The position numbers were made by a program, and so were the translations under genes. The notes under the pieces were generated by a model. It was not told the DNA's origin and searched no databases. It was given only the letters and a program-made list of their open reading frames with translations. From NCBI GenBank assembly GCA_965235115.1, contig OZ249437.1, forward strand, positions 25,482,001 through 25,546,000: DNA of 64,000 bases. Direction: 5' to 3'. Shown here piece by piece: positions 29,360 through 43,510 of this stretch. The stretch comes from Laetmonice hystrix. Lineage: Eukaryota. The stretch's first letter is position 1, and each line of letters opens with the position of its first letter.

Positions 29360-29991
29360 ACGAGAAAACCATGTCAGGAGATGTGCTGTCGTGGCCTGTC
29401 CTTTCGGTGTGGGACATTGTCATTCAGGTATGAAGGTAGCACGGTGGATGTTGCTGGGCGGCGGCGGCGGCTGCTGCTGCTGCTGCTGCTCCAGCGGCAG
29501 GTGGGCAGCATGTTGGCCGTGTGTGTCGGCAGGCCGTCGGCCGGGCACGCAGCACGGGTAACGGCGGCAGTCACCGACAGCCAGGTAGTATTGAATGATG
29601 ACAGTAACTCCTGGAGACAGTGTGCCTCGCCTCGACTATCCCTCGTCCCCACCTCGTGAACACTCCTTCCCAGTGTTGAGTGCTGAGACTGAGGCCGCTT
29701 AGATGTGCAGGGGGAGAGAGAGAGAGAGACAGAGAAAGAGAGCATTGTCACAGTCTGTATTGGCTCCCGCAGAGGGGAGGGTGAGAAGGGACGAACATTG
29801 CAGATTTCAGATCAAACCAGCCAGTGTGTATGCATGCAGCATAGCCGGGCCCCTCCTCAGGTCTATACTCTACCCCTCTGTACTGCTTCGAAACAGTTGT
29901 GCTTGTAAGGGACGCTGCTAATAGGACAAGACGTGCAATTAAAGCTGCCAATACACCTGCTCAGAGGGAATCAATTTAGACAGGCCCAGCC

Positions 29992-29997
29992 ATGCAG
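29992..29997 (+). CDS. Candidate alternative first coding segment: MQ
   Basis: gccATG CAG|gtaagc: Kozak-like context and strong donor, phase 0, at the 3' end of the GC-rich island 29400-30000. Confidence 0.3.
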
Positions 29998-31794
29998 GTA
30001 AGCTTGCCACTTGTCCGGCTGTTTTCCAAGTGCTACTTTAGATGTCACTTTGAGACTGTTGTCGTGTGCTGTGTTTGGTGGTAGGGACGACATGGCATTA
30101 AGGCGGAAATGATGAGGTTAGCTGAAAGGTTGATTTGAGACGAGTCGATGGAGGCAGGTAGCGCGTGTCAGTCAGTCTGGGCAGTGATGGGTGGCTGTCA
30201 TGCACGCTTGGCGGGGCGGTCGTCCCAACAGGATTAACCTGTGGAATGGTTGCGTGTGGCCGCTCGTCTGCCCGACACCCGATATTTAGATAGGCTTCAA
30301 GCGGGAATAATTTTTACGAATGCTTGAAAATGAACTTGAGGAGGAAAGAAGTTGCATTTATGAAAGGGTTTCACGCATATTAGCGTACATTTCAAAAGGT
30401 TGTGATTGAGTGAATTGTTTCTAGATTTATTTGCACTTCCGAGTTACGTCGAACGGAAGAGGAAATCGGATTATCAAATTAACTAGGGGGGTCAATCAGA
30501 TAATGAATGGGAGAAGTACCGGTAACGTTTGAAGCGGCCGTCATGTAGAGGGCAGGTGTGTAGGCGGACGATGCTCGCAGTGTGTCCAGATATCGACGGA
30601 ACCTAACACAGGAGGAGCTCGGCGGAATTCTTGGATTCAGTAACGACACCCATCCGAACATGGCAGCACTATCAGTGACGATGACCTTGGCTTAATTTAC
30701 AACCACCCATGTCTGTGAAGGTAGAAAGCCTGCCAAGTATAGCCTCTCTTTCATTGTGGCCGAGGGTGGAAACATTTAGTGGATGGTTTACTATGGGATA
30801 ATAGTCGAAGGTGGAATGACCGTGTGTGAATAGAACTAACCGACGGCGGCCCGGCGCTGTCTGCGTGGGCAGAGTCGGGATGGGATTAATGTTATTGTCT
30901 GCACAGATTGACAACTTCGTATGGTCTGTGTAACTTGAGACAAGTGCTACAGCTAGATAAAAGATTGCTAATAATTCAGATGGGGGCTGAAGGTGGGGGG
31001 ACACTGATCATTGTGGCGAGCATTCTCTGCTATAGAGAAACAAACAGGTAAACCTCTTGGTTTACAAGTATTCGTAAATAGATAATTACGGTCCCCCCCC
31101 CTCAAAAAAGGCAAAGGCCGGGGGGGGGGGGGTGAAAACAAATATGAGTGAGCAGCTGTCCACACTTTACCACTTTATACGAGTCTGGTAAGGATGGATA
31201 TTAGCTGCCTCCATGGTGCCGCTACATGAGGCTAAGTTGGCGCGAGCTGTCGTAGTGATCAGCAGCAGGACAGCCCCACTGAACTCTGCCATGAAGTGCT
31301 TGTTCCATGTCATCTGTTGCCTTCTCAGGCCGTCGGAGGCTGGCGCATTAATGTATTGAGGTGGTGCTATTAATGTTTCATTCTCCACGCTAGATGAATA
31401 AAAGATGATGCACTTAAGGGGCTCTGATGGGAAAGAGAGGGGCTCTGCTGCTTCTTAACCGTAGCAACCCAAGAGGGTGAGCCTTCTCCTAATCTCGTCT
31501 TTAGGTGTGCTCTTTCGCTTAACATCCTCACGACTGGTCGCCCAGGATATATGTACATGTATTCTTTTCAAATGAATATAATAGGTAGGTTTTCTGTAAT
31601 GTCGCAGCTTTTAGATAGTTGTTATTTTAGTAATGACACACTGTCACCAGTATTAGAGTCCAGTACTGGAACCAAGTCAATCCAATCTGTGAAAATGATC
31701 TGGATGACGTCACAACGAATCTGAAACCAGGGACGTGATTCCCTGCTCCTTTGGAAACCGCGTGACATTGTCTTGTTTGATATGAACCCAGTTG

Positions 31795-32082
31795 GTAATA
31801 ACCCCACCAACCCCACATTGGCATGAAGTAATAACCCCACATTGGCGTGAAGTAATAACCCTACCAACCCCACATTGGCATGAAGTAATAACCCTACCAA
31901 CCCCACATTGGCATGAAGTAATAACCCCACCAACCCCACATTGGCATGAAGTAATAACCCTACCAACCCCACATTGGCATGAAGTAATAACCCTACCAAC
32001 CCCACATTGGCATGAAGTAATAACCCTACCAACCCCACATTGGCATGAAGTAATAACCCCACCAACCCCACATTGACATGAA
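31795..32082. repeat. Minisatellite, 33-bp unit x9 (gtaataaccctaccaaccccacattggcatgaa), second copy with a 9-bp deletion
   Basis: 8x33 + 24 = 288 bp. A unit length divisible by 3 explains the repetitive ORFs on both strands. Confidence 0.95.
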
Positions 32083-32340
32083 ATAGTTGGTGATGTTCTC
32101 AGAAACGTACCCACAAACACGTTGGGCGTCCAGGAGGTGGAAAACTTGTTCCGAGATTAGGGGTACGGCGTGTAGTAGACATGGGATAATATGTGTTGAG
32201 TGAACTGTGACAGCCATGTAGTATATCATTCAGTTCATTCAGAAGTTGTAGATTATGGGTGTAGAATGTAGAAGACGGTTCTCTGTATGTGAAGGTCCGT
32301 GGGCCTTCACCACGATAAGCCAGCATCGGGGGGGGGGGGG

Positions 32341-32459
32341 GGGGTTCAAAAAGTGCCTAGGACCATCCGACTGGCGACGGACAGTCCGTCGCTTGGTTGT
32401 AGGGCCTGCAATTTTTGGTCCGTCGCCGGTAGGACGGTCCGACGCGCTTATTGAAACCT
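32341..32459. mobile_element. Small MITE-like element with about 13-bp imperfect TIRs and internal gcgacggac/gtccgtcgc motifs
   Basis: ggggttcaaaaag ... cttattgaaacct; internal inverted and direct ccgtcgc repeats. No clear TSD. Confidence 0.38.
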
Positions 32460-33629
32460 CCCTCTCCCAGATCGTGCTGGCTTGACACTTGGGATGAGGA
32501 AATCCCATCAGACGTTGACAGTGAGCCAAGGGTAACAGGAGTCGTGGTGGATGACCGTGCCAGTCGGCTTAGATGGAAGCTGTGACAAAATGATGGGCTT
32601 GTTGACAGAAAGACGACTTAATGTGCTAGAAGAGGCATGCCATTTATGACGTCTTTTTGAAGTCATCATATTATCGTTGACGTGAACGGTGAGAGATTTA
32701 TGAAGCAGAAGTCTATTCCAGGCATATAAATCAATCATACAGAACGTTTTTTTACATCATTATAAATTCCAGGTCAAAAAATTTATTCAGAAAAGAAAGT
32801 AGATTGTGCGTATGGTGAATGTCAATTTCCGAGATCATTACATCATATTTTGTAAGGTGTGCATGACTTAAATTCTTCACACCACGAAACCAGTAATTAC
32901 CATTTGATAGGTCTGCGATTTTATACGGGATTTTGATAAACAGTTAGGGACCAGGACAAATGGGGCCTAGCTGCACAAATGTAACCATAAGTAACAGCAT
33001 AACTTATGTCGATAAAAGTATTTATTTGCCATGATTTCTATGTACATGTTTACTTTTTACAATAAACGTGTTCTTCAACAGCTTACATATTGCTGGCTAC
33101 TTATATAAAGATCATTACCGAATCAGGTACGGTATGGGTCACTAAGGAGTCCAAACAGGTCCTTACACTCAGAACCAAGACATTTTCCGTGTTCCGTGGG
33201 TTCATGTAAATGTCAGGAAACGTTTTTAAATAGTTAATGAAGACAGCAGATTTAAATAAGATTGGAACAGTTTTCTGTCAGCAGCCTCATTCTTTTCGGG
33301 ATTGACAGACTAGGTTTTTTGCACCGGTTCACGGACCCCCCTAAATTCGTTTACTGCGCCTGAGCTGGCCTGGAAGTGCACGGTGTTCGTCAAACACGAC
33401 AGACCGTACACCCCGACGTGTTTCCGTGCATTTATAATGATCTTATCATGGCTAACGACGGTCGTGGTCAAGCAACGCTAGAGGTGTGAACGGGTTGAGG
33501 AGATGGTTGAGTAGCCTGGACTCAATGCGGTGGTACTAACATCAATTCCTGTCACCGAAACGAGCAAGTTGGTGTAATTACCAAGTGTTCGTCACAGACT
33601 TGATGAGCTGGATGCAGTTGTAATAAGGC

Positions 33630-34069
33630 CCAGGTCATAATAATTCCCAGGTCAGATAGTTAAGGCAGCAAAGTCTGGGACTGGATATGTGGGTTCTCGC
33701 GATACCAGAGGGTGCAGGTTATTATTGAAGTCACTTTTTCCAGGGGTCACCATTGAATTCCTTGAATGTCATCACGGCGGCGGATTTATAGTCCAGGTCA
33801 TAATAATTCCCAGGTCAGATAGTTGAGGCAGCAAAGTCTGGGACTGGATTTGTGGGTTCTCGCGATACCAGAGGGTGCAGGTTATTATTGAAGTCACTTT
33901 TTCCAGGGATCACCATTGAATTCCTTGAACGCCATCACGGCGGCGGATTTATAGTCCAGGTCATAATAATTCCCAGGTCAGATAGCTGAGGCAGCAAAGT
34001 CTGGGACTGGATATGTGGGTTCTCGCGATACCAGAGGGTGCAGGTTATTATTTTCCAGGGGTTACCATT
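33630..34069. repeat. Tandem triplication, 163-bp unit x about 2.7
   Basis: ccaggtcataataattcc starts at 33630, 33793 and 33956. Copies are near-identical; the third has a short internal deletion. Confidence 0.95.
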
Positions 34070-34896
34070 AGTCGTTCCATTCTCCCCGGTTCAGTCTTGT
34101 TTGTATTCCACCCCTGCCTTGAGTAGTGTTCTTGCTTTCCCCATGCTGCAGACCGCATTGTCAAATTGTTGTCGAGAAGTAGAGTTACTGTAACTTCAGA
34201 TGTGCAACCACTTAAGTGTATTGTGTCGAGGTTCAGTGAAGACGTGATAAAACGTAATTCGATAATAGAATGTGGCCAACTAATCTAAGCCTACACGTAT
34301 GAACGTGTCATAGTCGACGCCTTTGTGGTCCACCTTTGAAGAAGGTTTGTAGGTCATAGGTGGGTGGGTGGGGGTGGGGGGGGGGTCTTTGAATTCCAAA
34401 GTAGACCAAGGAAAGTTCGATGTGAGGGATAGGGCCATTAAATTATCATACGCCTGCTAGAGGCTATAACGTAATACCGATATCATTTAAATAGGCAGGG
34501 CAAAAATTAAAGATGGGCAAGAATTAAAGTGAATAAATGTTAAATATTGGAAATGTCGAGCGAAATCCATTTTTGAATTGTTTATCGACTATAGTTCTTG
34601 AAATCGTAAGATCTAAACAATAAAAGAGACTGGTGGGAAATCTTCCTAGTACATTAAGTACAAATCCGTACTAGTATAACTCTGCATTGGTCAAGGTTGA
34701 AAAATATCCTACTCCTGATAACGAGGAGGGACAAAGTACATGTGTCAGTCCGTCTCTCTTGTCGTCTTCATTGACATAAGGACAGAACCAATCAGATGTT
34801 CTCTTCCGATCATGTGTTTGTCCATACAAACGTCGCCGACGCGAGGTGTCAGTTCAGCCACTCGTCGCCAGGTGGACGAAGTTTCCGCTTTTATCG

Positions 34897-35063
34897 CAGA
34901 CTGTCGCCTGCTGTAGCTAAGTCAGCCTGATGCTCCGCGTGATTCCAGTGTTTCAGACTGTCGCCTGCTGTAGCTCAGTCAGCCTGATACTCCGCATCCT
35001 TCCAGTGTTTCAGACTGGCGCCTGCTGTAGCTCAGTCAGCCTGTTGCTCCGCGTGATTCCAGT
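34897..35063. repeat. Minisatellite, 57-bp unit x3 (cagactgtcgcctgctgtagctcagtcagcctgatgctccgcgtgattccagtgttt)
   Basis: Copies start at 34897, 34954 and 35011. Confidence 0.93.
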
Positions 35064-38000
35064 ACTTTTGCAGTTAGCTAAGTTACAGAGTTAGGTTTTG
35101 ATGGCATAGGGTGAACTCCTTTCCATTAAATATAGTCTGAAGAGGGGGTTGATCAAGGCTAGTTTTATTTTTATTGTTTAAAACGTTAGAATGGTGGAGA
35201 TAATATTGTAAATTCACATTGAGAGTATTCCTATCTTATATCATTGACCCCTTTTTTCCTGTTTATTATATGTCCTGGTTTCGAAGCGCCATGTCCAGAG
35301 TGGGGGAGAAAATTCCGTGAAGGGTCAGGTTGATGTCGGGACATGGCCGGGTCGGCTGACTGGCCTGATTCGGTGTTTGCTGGAGTTGGTCGTGGATGTT
35401 TGCTGTGTAAATTTGAGCGAGAGAGGAGAGAGGATATTGCTGCAAGTGGGCCAACCTGTTGTTGTCCCACAGCCACGCCGTCCGTACACATGGGGCACAA
35501 ATTTACATCATTCACTTGCACATGTGTATAATATCTACCCCATTCCATGCCTTCCCTTCCAAGAGCGCCTCACCCCCTGGGCCAGTTAGCAACCCCCCCC
35601 CCCCCCCCAAAAAAACAAAAAAAAACCCTACCTCTTCATCCACAGCAACGCCCAGTAAGTACGTCACGGAATGCTTGACGCCGAAGAATTTCTATTTTTA
35701 AGTTCTTTGCTCAAATAAACTGCGCGGAACAGTTGATTTTATGGTGCTCCAGGCTTTAAATTATGCTTTGGCGGTATAGACTTTATGGTAGATAGAGTCT
35801 GAAAGGTAAAATAACTAGGGCAACGCAGAGTGTATGTATGTCTAGCTGATAAGTGCGGGGAGAGTAGTAAAAATATCGAGAATGTGCTGTGTGGGCTGTG
35901 TTGTACACCAGAGGGCTGGGTGACTCAGAGCCAGCGGCGACGTCGACATCGACGACTGGGACGACGACAACGACTACGGCAGTGACTCATTCCGTGTGGT
36001 AACGACTGCTGTCCGGTGGGGCTGGGCACCCCCCCCCCCCCCCTCCACATACACCCACCACTGTCGCCCATGTCACCACAGTGAACCCGTGCCGGCGACC
36101 CCTACATGAACGCCTCCTTTTGGTTGGGCCCCTGGCAACCGGCACTGGATCCCTGGCAGCGGCCGGGCGGGGGACTTGGTGGCGGCCGTCCCACACCAGA
36201 CCGATCCGGGTGTAATTTGTAAAAGTGGCTATCTTTTGGGGCGTAATGGTGTATGCTATCTCGGGTAGTGGAAGTAATGACGATCATCCCGTAGGCGTCA
36301 TGAAATCAAATTAAGCAGTTGTTTTAGACGGGGGTGATTTTCCACCCGACTTCTCCGAACGTTAGATATAAACAGGTTGCACAGACATTCAACAGACATC
36401 AGTTTTCGTTTTTCTCACGTTGCATCTCTCAGCACCGAGATGAACTGTAATGGGTTTGGTTACGTTTTTTCTTGGTTCGGCCCGGTGTGCGGGTTTCGCC
36501 TGTATCAGTATCGCAGTGATTGCTGAATGAATAAGCGGGATGAATAAAAGAAACTTGTACACGTTCTGATTATGGCCAACAGTTGGTCACACGGCGTAAG
36601 GCATGGTAACCACCAACCCAATGGCCCATCCTGGAAGAGTCGAATGAATGGATAGGAATAGGTTACTACGTTTGGGGTAGCCTACGCCTCCACCGCTGCA
36701 TTGACCTTCCAATATGACGTCGATGTCGGCGAATTGTCGACCGACCGTTGCCAGTGATATTATATTCTGTAGTAGCAGTGGAAATTTTCCATCATCTTCC
36801 ACTTACAGATATTGCGCCGTCGGATTGTGTTCAGGGATACTGTTTACAAACACTAGAAGAAGACGGATGGCCGTGAAACAGGAGATTGATGGAGAACTCG
36901 ACAGATCTACTCAATTATCAGACCCAGATTAACACGTAGAATTCGTGTAGAATAGATTGGCTACACGGCATGCTCAAGATGGCAAGAGAATACCACAGAT
37001 TGAGGTCTTGATCAACCGCTGAATGTCAGCAATGACAAAACGCTCACAACCAACCGTGGAGGATTGAAACACTTGACATGTTTCATTGACACAGTACCAA
37101 TCACACGACAGTGCACTGCGCCGAGCAGAAAAGGGACCATATTGTTGGTTGCAGGTCTCCCTATTTTTCCAGCGCTGAAAGTAATTTTGCAAATGCACCA
37201 GCAACATTGTACCGATCCTGCTGTGTGCAGTCATGAAAGCATGACAATTGGATGTTTGATGTCATCCAAAGTCATTCCCGAAGGCATGATACTGCCATAC
37301 AAGTGAGGGCTACATAGGCGAGGATGTTGTCCACTGTTGTATTGAGGGTATAAATGATTAATGCTGGAGTATGTAAAACAATTAGATTGGGAGAGTAAGG
37401 TACACAATGGCCTGACAGCCCGGTGGATTGGTGCCTGTATTGAGAGTCATTATTTTTAGGTTCGGGCCAATCACTAAGTGTCTGGTCCTGGCCCAAATGG
37501 ATGCCATTGAGACCAGTCACTAACCCAGTTGGGGAACACCACCACCATCACCACCAGGGCCATCCCCTTCACTGAAAAGGACGGTATTTGAAAAAACGTG
37601 CTGTCGACAGCAATCCTAAAACATGCACCCATTTTCACCTGCCGCAGTTGACACCGGTAACACAATACCATTACTCCGGCGAGAGTGCTTAATCTAGCCA
37701 CCGTTTTAGAATTCTTGGTAAAATTTATACATAATTGACAAGCATTTAGAGGCAAAGAGAGATAACTCCACCATGAAACTTTCAGCTGTAGTTTGTACCA
37801 GAATATGGCGTTTCCGTAGGAAATAGGTCAAAGTGGTCTCGACAACTCTCACCCCTGGTAGTATGAGTACATATAATGTTGATGAAGTGGGAGTCTCTAA
37901 CCCAATGTATCACAGGGCTCCCTGGGAAACAAATACTAATGTAGTGTTGATAGCGCTGCTGACTGAGTAAGCATTTAGGCCATTAACAGTAGAAAATGAG

Positions 38001-39766
38001 TTAATGATCATCCTAGGCAAATTAGATCTACATTTGGAGGAGAGGAGCCGAATTGTTTGGAGGGCGCTTCTGTTAATTGGTTCTCGGTGCGAGTTATCAT
38101 ATTGCGACAAGTGGTATGAAGAGAAGCGAGTGAGGCTGATCAGTTTTAGCTGGCTTGTGGCTGACTGAATGTGGATTACGTATTTATATCTACCTCAGTC
38201 GGATTACAGACACACTCTGCCCATGAGACCCATTTTCTGGGCCCGTAAGAGGTATTTTTGTCTTCTGTTAAACCAGCTGAAGAGGCGCTAAAGGGTTATC
38301 GTTGAAGTAAAACCCAGGGGTAAATGCTTCATGTAGGGCAGGATGAACTGAAATAATCGAGGTTAATTGCACATGAATTTGATGGTAGAGATATCCGTGT
38401 GGGTTATGATACGATGTAAAAGCTAAATTGATTTGAACAGTTTGAAATTGAAGAAGCTATCTGTACATTTTCGTTTTTAAGTCAACAACATGATACAGAC
38501 TTGTCAGCATTAGAAATCTTGTCCCTATAGCAGTAAAGGCCCCTGCGAGATTTTGGGATTAAAAATGTTCAAGTGCAGTGCCTTTTTGCTTTAAAAGAGG
38601 AAATGTTAATGTGTTTTACCGGTCTCTGCCTTGCGGGGAAGACCGAATAAACAGGTTAACCCGATTTGTCATGATTTCCTTTCTTTATTGCGGAAAACTG
38701 GACACGATTGTAAGATATTTGACAAGTTGCATTGAGGTGGCTTCACAGACCCAGCAGCACCTACCGGCCGATGTAGACCGGTCAGAACAGGGTGGGGAGA
38801 CTGTCGTTTATTGACCTAACCACGGGGTGGTGTGAATATTGACATGTTTACCTATATCAAACCGGCCTAGTCAGTCAGTGTAGGGCCACGACAGGCAGGG
38901 AGCTCGGAGGAGGATGAGTCTCGATGTACCGCCAGGTGTCGCGTCAGTCGCTAAGACACATCAGCACTGACCGACCAGTAGAGACAAGTGGGACAGCATC
39001 GCCAAAGTCTTGCTGACACACGTACGTGTGGCAGTATATATGGCCAGGAAACGGTTAACCAAGGTCTCAAATAGCCCCACTCTACCTATAAGGTATCCTT
39101 GGACAATCAGGTTGTAGCCAACAAGGCGGCAGTGTATGTAATTGTATAGAATATTCCCCCGGTAACTCTACTTAAGTCCGGCTTTAGTTCACATGGTCAG
39201 ATCGTCCCGAGAGTCCTTGAAGACCGGGAGTTATTCAGCGGTCAGGAAACCATGGTGGCGGATTGGATTCACAGATTCTCTCTTAAACCAGTTCTTCCTT
39301 GTACCCCATTGTTTAGCCCCGAATCGTTGTATGTTGTTGACACAGTTTTATTTATTACCACCGAGAACAGCTTCGAAATAAAGCAAAAAGTACTTGTTTA
39401 TATTCGACCTTAAAGCATGCAAGAACCTACTCAAAGGCTTCCACTGTTGTCTTCAGGAAGATATTAGTATTTCATTCATTTTGAGGCACACCGTTGGACT
39501 AAGGCATAGAGTAAATAATAAGTTCAAATAGACTTAATAGTAGTGGTCAGATAAATGTAGAGTAAAAATAGCCAGGGCTAAGAGGCCCAGAGCATACAAT
39601 AGGTTGGGGTGAAAGGGGCTTCAGTGAGCCAGCGAGCTGGTGAGCAGAGGTGGTTGTCCGGGCAGCGAGTGTGTCCGGAGCCTATAGTGCCAGCGGGCCA
39701 GTGAGCGAGCCAGCCAGCACCGCAGTCTACATAAGGGCCACCGCACTGGCGGCTTCAGCACAGACT

Positions 39767-39916
39767 ATGTATATGCAACCAGTGAGCACGTTGTCGTCCG
39801 CCACGACCCCGGTACTTCAGCTTCCACAGCTTGTACCCAGCACTCACACCTGGACTAGGATGCCATGTGCTGTCCTTCCAGAACTTCAGATTGACACCCT
39901 CAGTCTCCCCAGGAAG
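39767..39916 (+). CDS. Candidate alternative first coding exon of PTBP: MYMQPVSTLSSATTPVLQLPQLVPSTHTWTRMPCAVLPELQIDTLSLPRK
   Basis: 50-codon ATG-initiated open frame in a GC-rich island, ending AGG AAG|gtaagg (strong donor, phase 0). Splicing to 50122 gives PRK|RGSEELL and restores KRGS. No transcript evidence. Confidence 0.5.
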
Positions 39917-42900
39917 GTAAGGGCCCGTCGCAAAAAAGTTGGTGGGGCTGGTTGCTGCTTGGAGGCCTCAGCGGCCGCGTCACAGTGCAAGCAGACAGGC
40001 CGGACGGTCGGTCGGTGCTGCTGCCCCGGCGCACGACTCCCTGCTGCCGTCCACTGCGGCGTGGTGGGCCGCCAGCACCGTGCCTCCCGATGCCAGCCTG
40101 GCATGGATGGAAATAGGTTCTGTATCAATGGCGGTGACGGATGGCTGGGTGCAGGGGTAACAGCAGCCAGGTGGGTCATTATGGTGAGGGGGTCACCGCC
40201 TCCTCACAAGAGTCTGCAGGCACAGGTGTGCAGAACCACTATCTCTTCAAGTAAGTGGCGTGAGGCTAGACTGAATTCATTCCTGTCTGCCTGGTAGTGT
40301 TGTACCATGTACACATCTGTCGCTTCAGTGCCACCAACGAGACTATAGACCACTCCATGTTCCAACCAAAAGTCAGGGTTTTTTTTCGGTATTGTAATTG
40401 GTTATCAATTGTTACAACGTCACTGTTAAATATATGGGACGGAGTTAGGCCTTCGGAATATCTACAGAGTGTTTGGTTAATTGGAATATTAAGACCATAA
40501 ATGGGATCAGAGCTATTTTTGGTGTTAACTTAAGCTGCCAATAGAGGGCGCCATTGTGGAGCAGTTGGCAGGTCACGGCTCAGTGGCGAGCGTCCCATGT
40601 ACACCACGACCGACAGTACGCCTGGCAGCCAGAAACATGTTTATATATGGAGGTATGTTTGTGTGTGTGTGGTGGGTGGGCGTCCATGGAATAAAGTTTG
40701 AAGGCGAGGCCAGAATAATAAATAGCACATGGGCCTGCGGGCACGGGGCTAGATTTCTTGTCTTGTTTAACCAAGGTAAGAATTTACATAGCAAACTAAA
40801 TACTACAAGAATGGAGTTGGCATGACGTGGCCATGGAAATGTGGGATGGGTCGGGGCTGGGAGGACTTGCTACCGGCACCAATGTCAGTCATGGTGGATT
40901 AACAAATGGCTTGATTGGCATTATTGTAGTGGGGATTACAATACAACAATTAACACCTATGACCCCCCCCCCATGTTACAGGGAGACCGCCGACTGCTTT
41001 GTGTGCTCAGAGGGGGAATGTTGGGTCAAATTAAGACTGTCTATAGGTCCATATATTATATGGATATTATAAGTATTGGCCGCAGGCTGTTTTACTAATA
41101 CCTCTCAATGTTTATGATCCTAGAAGTTATATATAATACTGGAGTGAGGTAATTAAGAAACGATCGATTTAAAGCGTATGAAGGTTCCAGTTTGGGTTAG
41201 GTTCAGTTGTGAAGTGTGTAGGTAATAAAGCGTTGGCTGGCGGAGTGTCTTTACCGTGGCCAAGTTTTATTGTTCAGGTAAAAACGGGTTGTGGTTGTGA
41301 TTCGGTTAGACGAAGGGCCTGAGGTTGGAAGACCCTCTGTACAAGGACCAACCACTGACGTAGGATTGATAGCAACTAGTGTTTGAAGTTTGATAAATTG
41401 CGAGTGTGTGCAAACAGTTGTTAGCAAATGGTGGCTGTAAGGCAATCTATTATGGATCCGTGGTTTGGCTGTAGTGAGGCGGAGGTTTGATGGCCGTGAT
41501 CGTGAGATTAGTGGGCACAGACGAGTGGTAATGTCATCGGAGGCACACACCGTGTAAATGTCATGGCGTGTTAGCAGAAATATGGGAGGACCTTATCTGA
41601 TCTCGGAGAGCAAGGGGACATAGCACAACCCGCCCCGTTATTACCGAATGGTGAATGGCCAATGTAACGTTGATTCCAGACGCTTTGAATGTGAGGTCGA
41701 AAAGATGATCCAAGCATTGATCCGGGCCCCACAGTGCGGCGTGTGTCGGGCTCAGAGATGGTCCCCGTCCATCATGAATTGTCGGGTTGGCACGGGGCAC
41801 GCAAATAGCGGACAGGTAAAATGGTTACCCATGGCAACCACATGTGGTCACATGTTGTGTGGGAGCTGCCTGTTGTTATGCTGAGTTGACCACTGACCAT
41901 ACCAGTCCTGTCCAGGCCCGGGCGTTTCTGGTCAGCTGCCAGGCCCCGTGGCCATCGCGATCCCCGACCACTCGGCCCAACTGACCAAACAAACGGCAAC
42001 ACTCAGGCAAATTAGATTCATCTGGCCAACAGGGAAATGATATCTCAATTCAGAGACAAATAATGAAGGGTAGGTTGGATGGCGGCAGTCTGTTGTTGAC
42101 ATTCTCCATGGCAACGGTAGTGGTGTGTTGGTGGAGGCGCGATATTGGCTGATGTTAATGCTAGCCCCGCCCTCCGGGTGGCCGGCCTGCCTGCCGATCG
42201 ATGCTCCCAGGCTGCCGCACCTCTCACGCTCAAAATTGTGTCTGCTCGATGCCACCTCCTATTGTTGCCCGCACTATGCAAATGGGGTTGAATATCGATA
42301 TAAGCCTAGGTGGCTGGCTGGGCAGTGCCATTGTGGCGTAGCATGTGGTATGAAGCTCTTTTGAATGAACTCTGCTAACACGTTGTTCAGTAAGATGCTA
42401 GCTCTGGATGCTACTGTAGCCAGCCAACCCAACCCATTTGTTATACTCAACGCCAACAACAAGGTCGGTGCAGCATTTATGGCAATTTCTTCTTTCTAGC
42501 CGCATATGTTTGTAGCTGCTGAGAGAGTTGCTGGAGCTGCGAAGTCTGGCAAGCAGCTGATACTGCATTGGAGTATACCCACAGCACAGCAGCACATGTG
42601 TCTTGTCAGCCTCGTCGGCCGGTCGGCCTGTTACTGGAGTAGTGTCGTAGTGTAGTGCAGCAGTGGCAACTAGCAAATTGGTAGGCCCGTGTTGTTGTGC
42701 ATGCCCGACGGACTGGAGGCGGCGCGCCCAGGGCGACTGGGTATCGTCCACACCCAACAGCAGCCAGGCCGGGACGTGGTCATGCGTGGACACTCGGCCG
42801 GCAACCGTTGTTGTACAAGTTGTCCCGCCCCCCGTCCAGGGAGTTGATCATTGGGGGATGATCCTATGATCGGTGTTACGTGTTTAGTTTACTGTTAGTG

Positions 42901-43225
42901 GTCGCTACTGATCCTCGCTCCGTCTGACGCCTACAACCAACACCACCACCACCACCACCGTTTGCACCGTCTGCCCCCACACCACCACCACCACCACCAC
43001 CACCACCACCAGTCTTGCTGATCTCATGTTGTCCAGCAACAATCCAGGGGATATACTTGGGATCTAGGAGACAGTATTACCGTGTGCCGCATACACTTCA
43101 CCATTGCCAGGGTTTGGGGAAAACGTCTTGTCCAAAGCGTGCCTTGTCCGGAATAAACGTGCCAGACAGTTGGCCGGTCTCTGTGTCCCACTTGTAAACC
43201 AGGGCCACCAAGGTCTAGTCAACAA

Positions 43226-43323
43226 AGATTCAGGACCTCAGCCTAGTTGCCCTTTGCCAGAGCACTCAGATTAAGGACCTCAGGATAGTTGGCCATTGCC
43301 AGAGCACTAAAAATTCAGGACCT
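43226..43323. repeat. Degenerate tandem repeat, 42-bp unit x about 2.3
   Basis: agattcaggacctcag...ttgccagagcact at 43226 and 43268, with a partial third copy. Confidence 0.8.
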
Positions 43324-43480
43324 TTAGAAGCCCAGTTGCACATTGGAATTCGGCTGTGGTCTACCAGTATTTAGATACACACCAGCTGGGTTAGGCACAG
43401 AAAATATTTGGATGATTCTAGGAAAAAGGTTTTTGTCGTCGAGTGAGACTGAGCAAGCGGCTGGTTACAAGTGTAGCAAA

Positions 43481-43510
43481 ATGTCTTCTCCAGATGAGCA
43501 GGATGAAACA
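43481..43510 (+). CDS. Candidate alternative first coding segment MSSPDEQDET, or a 17-nt microexon at 43494-43510
   Basis: aaaATG...GAA ACA|gtaagc in phase 0. The internal tgtcttctccag| could instead be an acceptor. Confidence 0.28.

Noticed and set aside
31622-32120. Long repetitive ORFs (HWHEVITLPTP, GLVGLLLHANV) and similar ORFs at 24788-25447 and 15761-16189
   Set aside because: They are open only because the repeat unit lacks stops in some frames. No splice context or protein family resemblance.
34897-35063. tagctcagtcag and gtgattcc as Pol III A/B boxes or tRNA remnants
   Set aside because: The spacing is too short, the B box is poor, and there is no cloverleaf.
35939-35998. Acidic peptide DVDIDDWDDDNDYGSDSFRV followed by gtaacg
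   Set aside because: An in-frame TGA lies at 35921, with no ATG and no pyrimidine tract. Best explained as a degenerate (GAC)n microsatellite.
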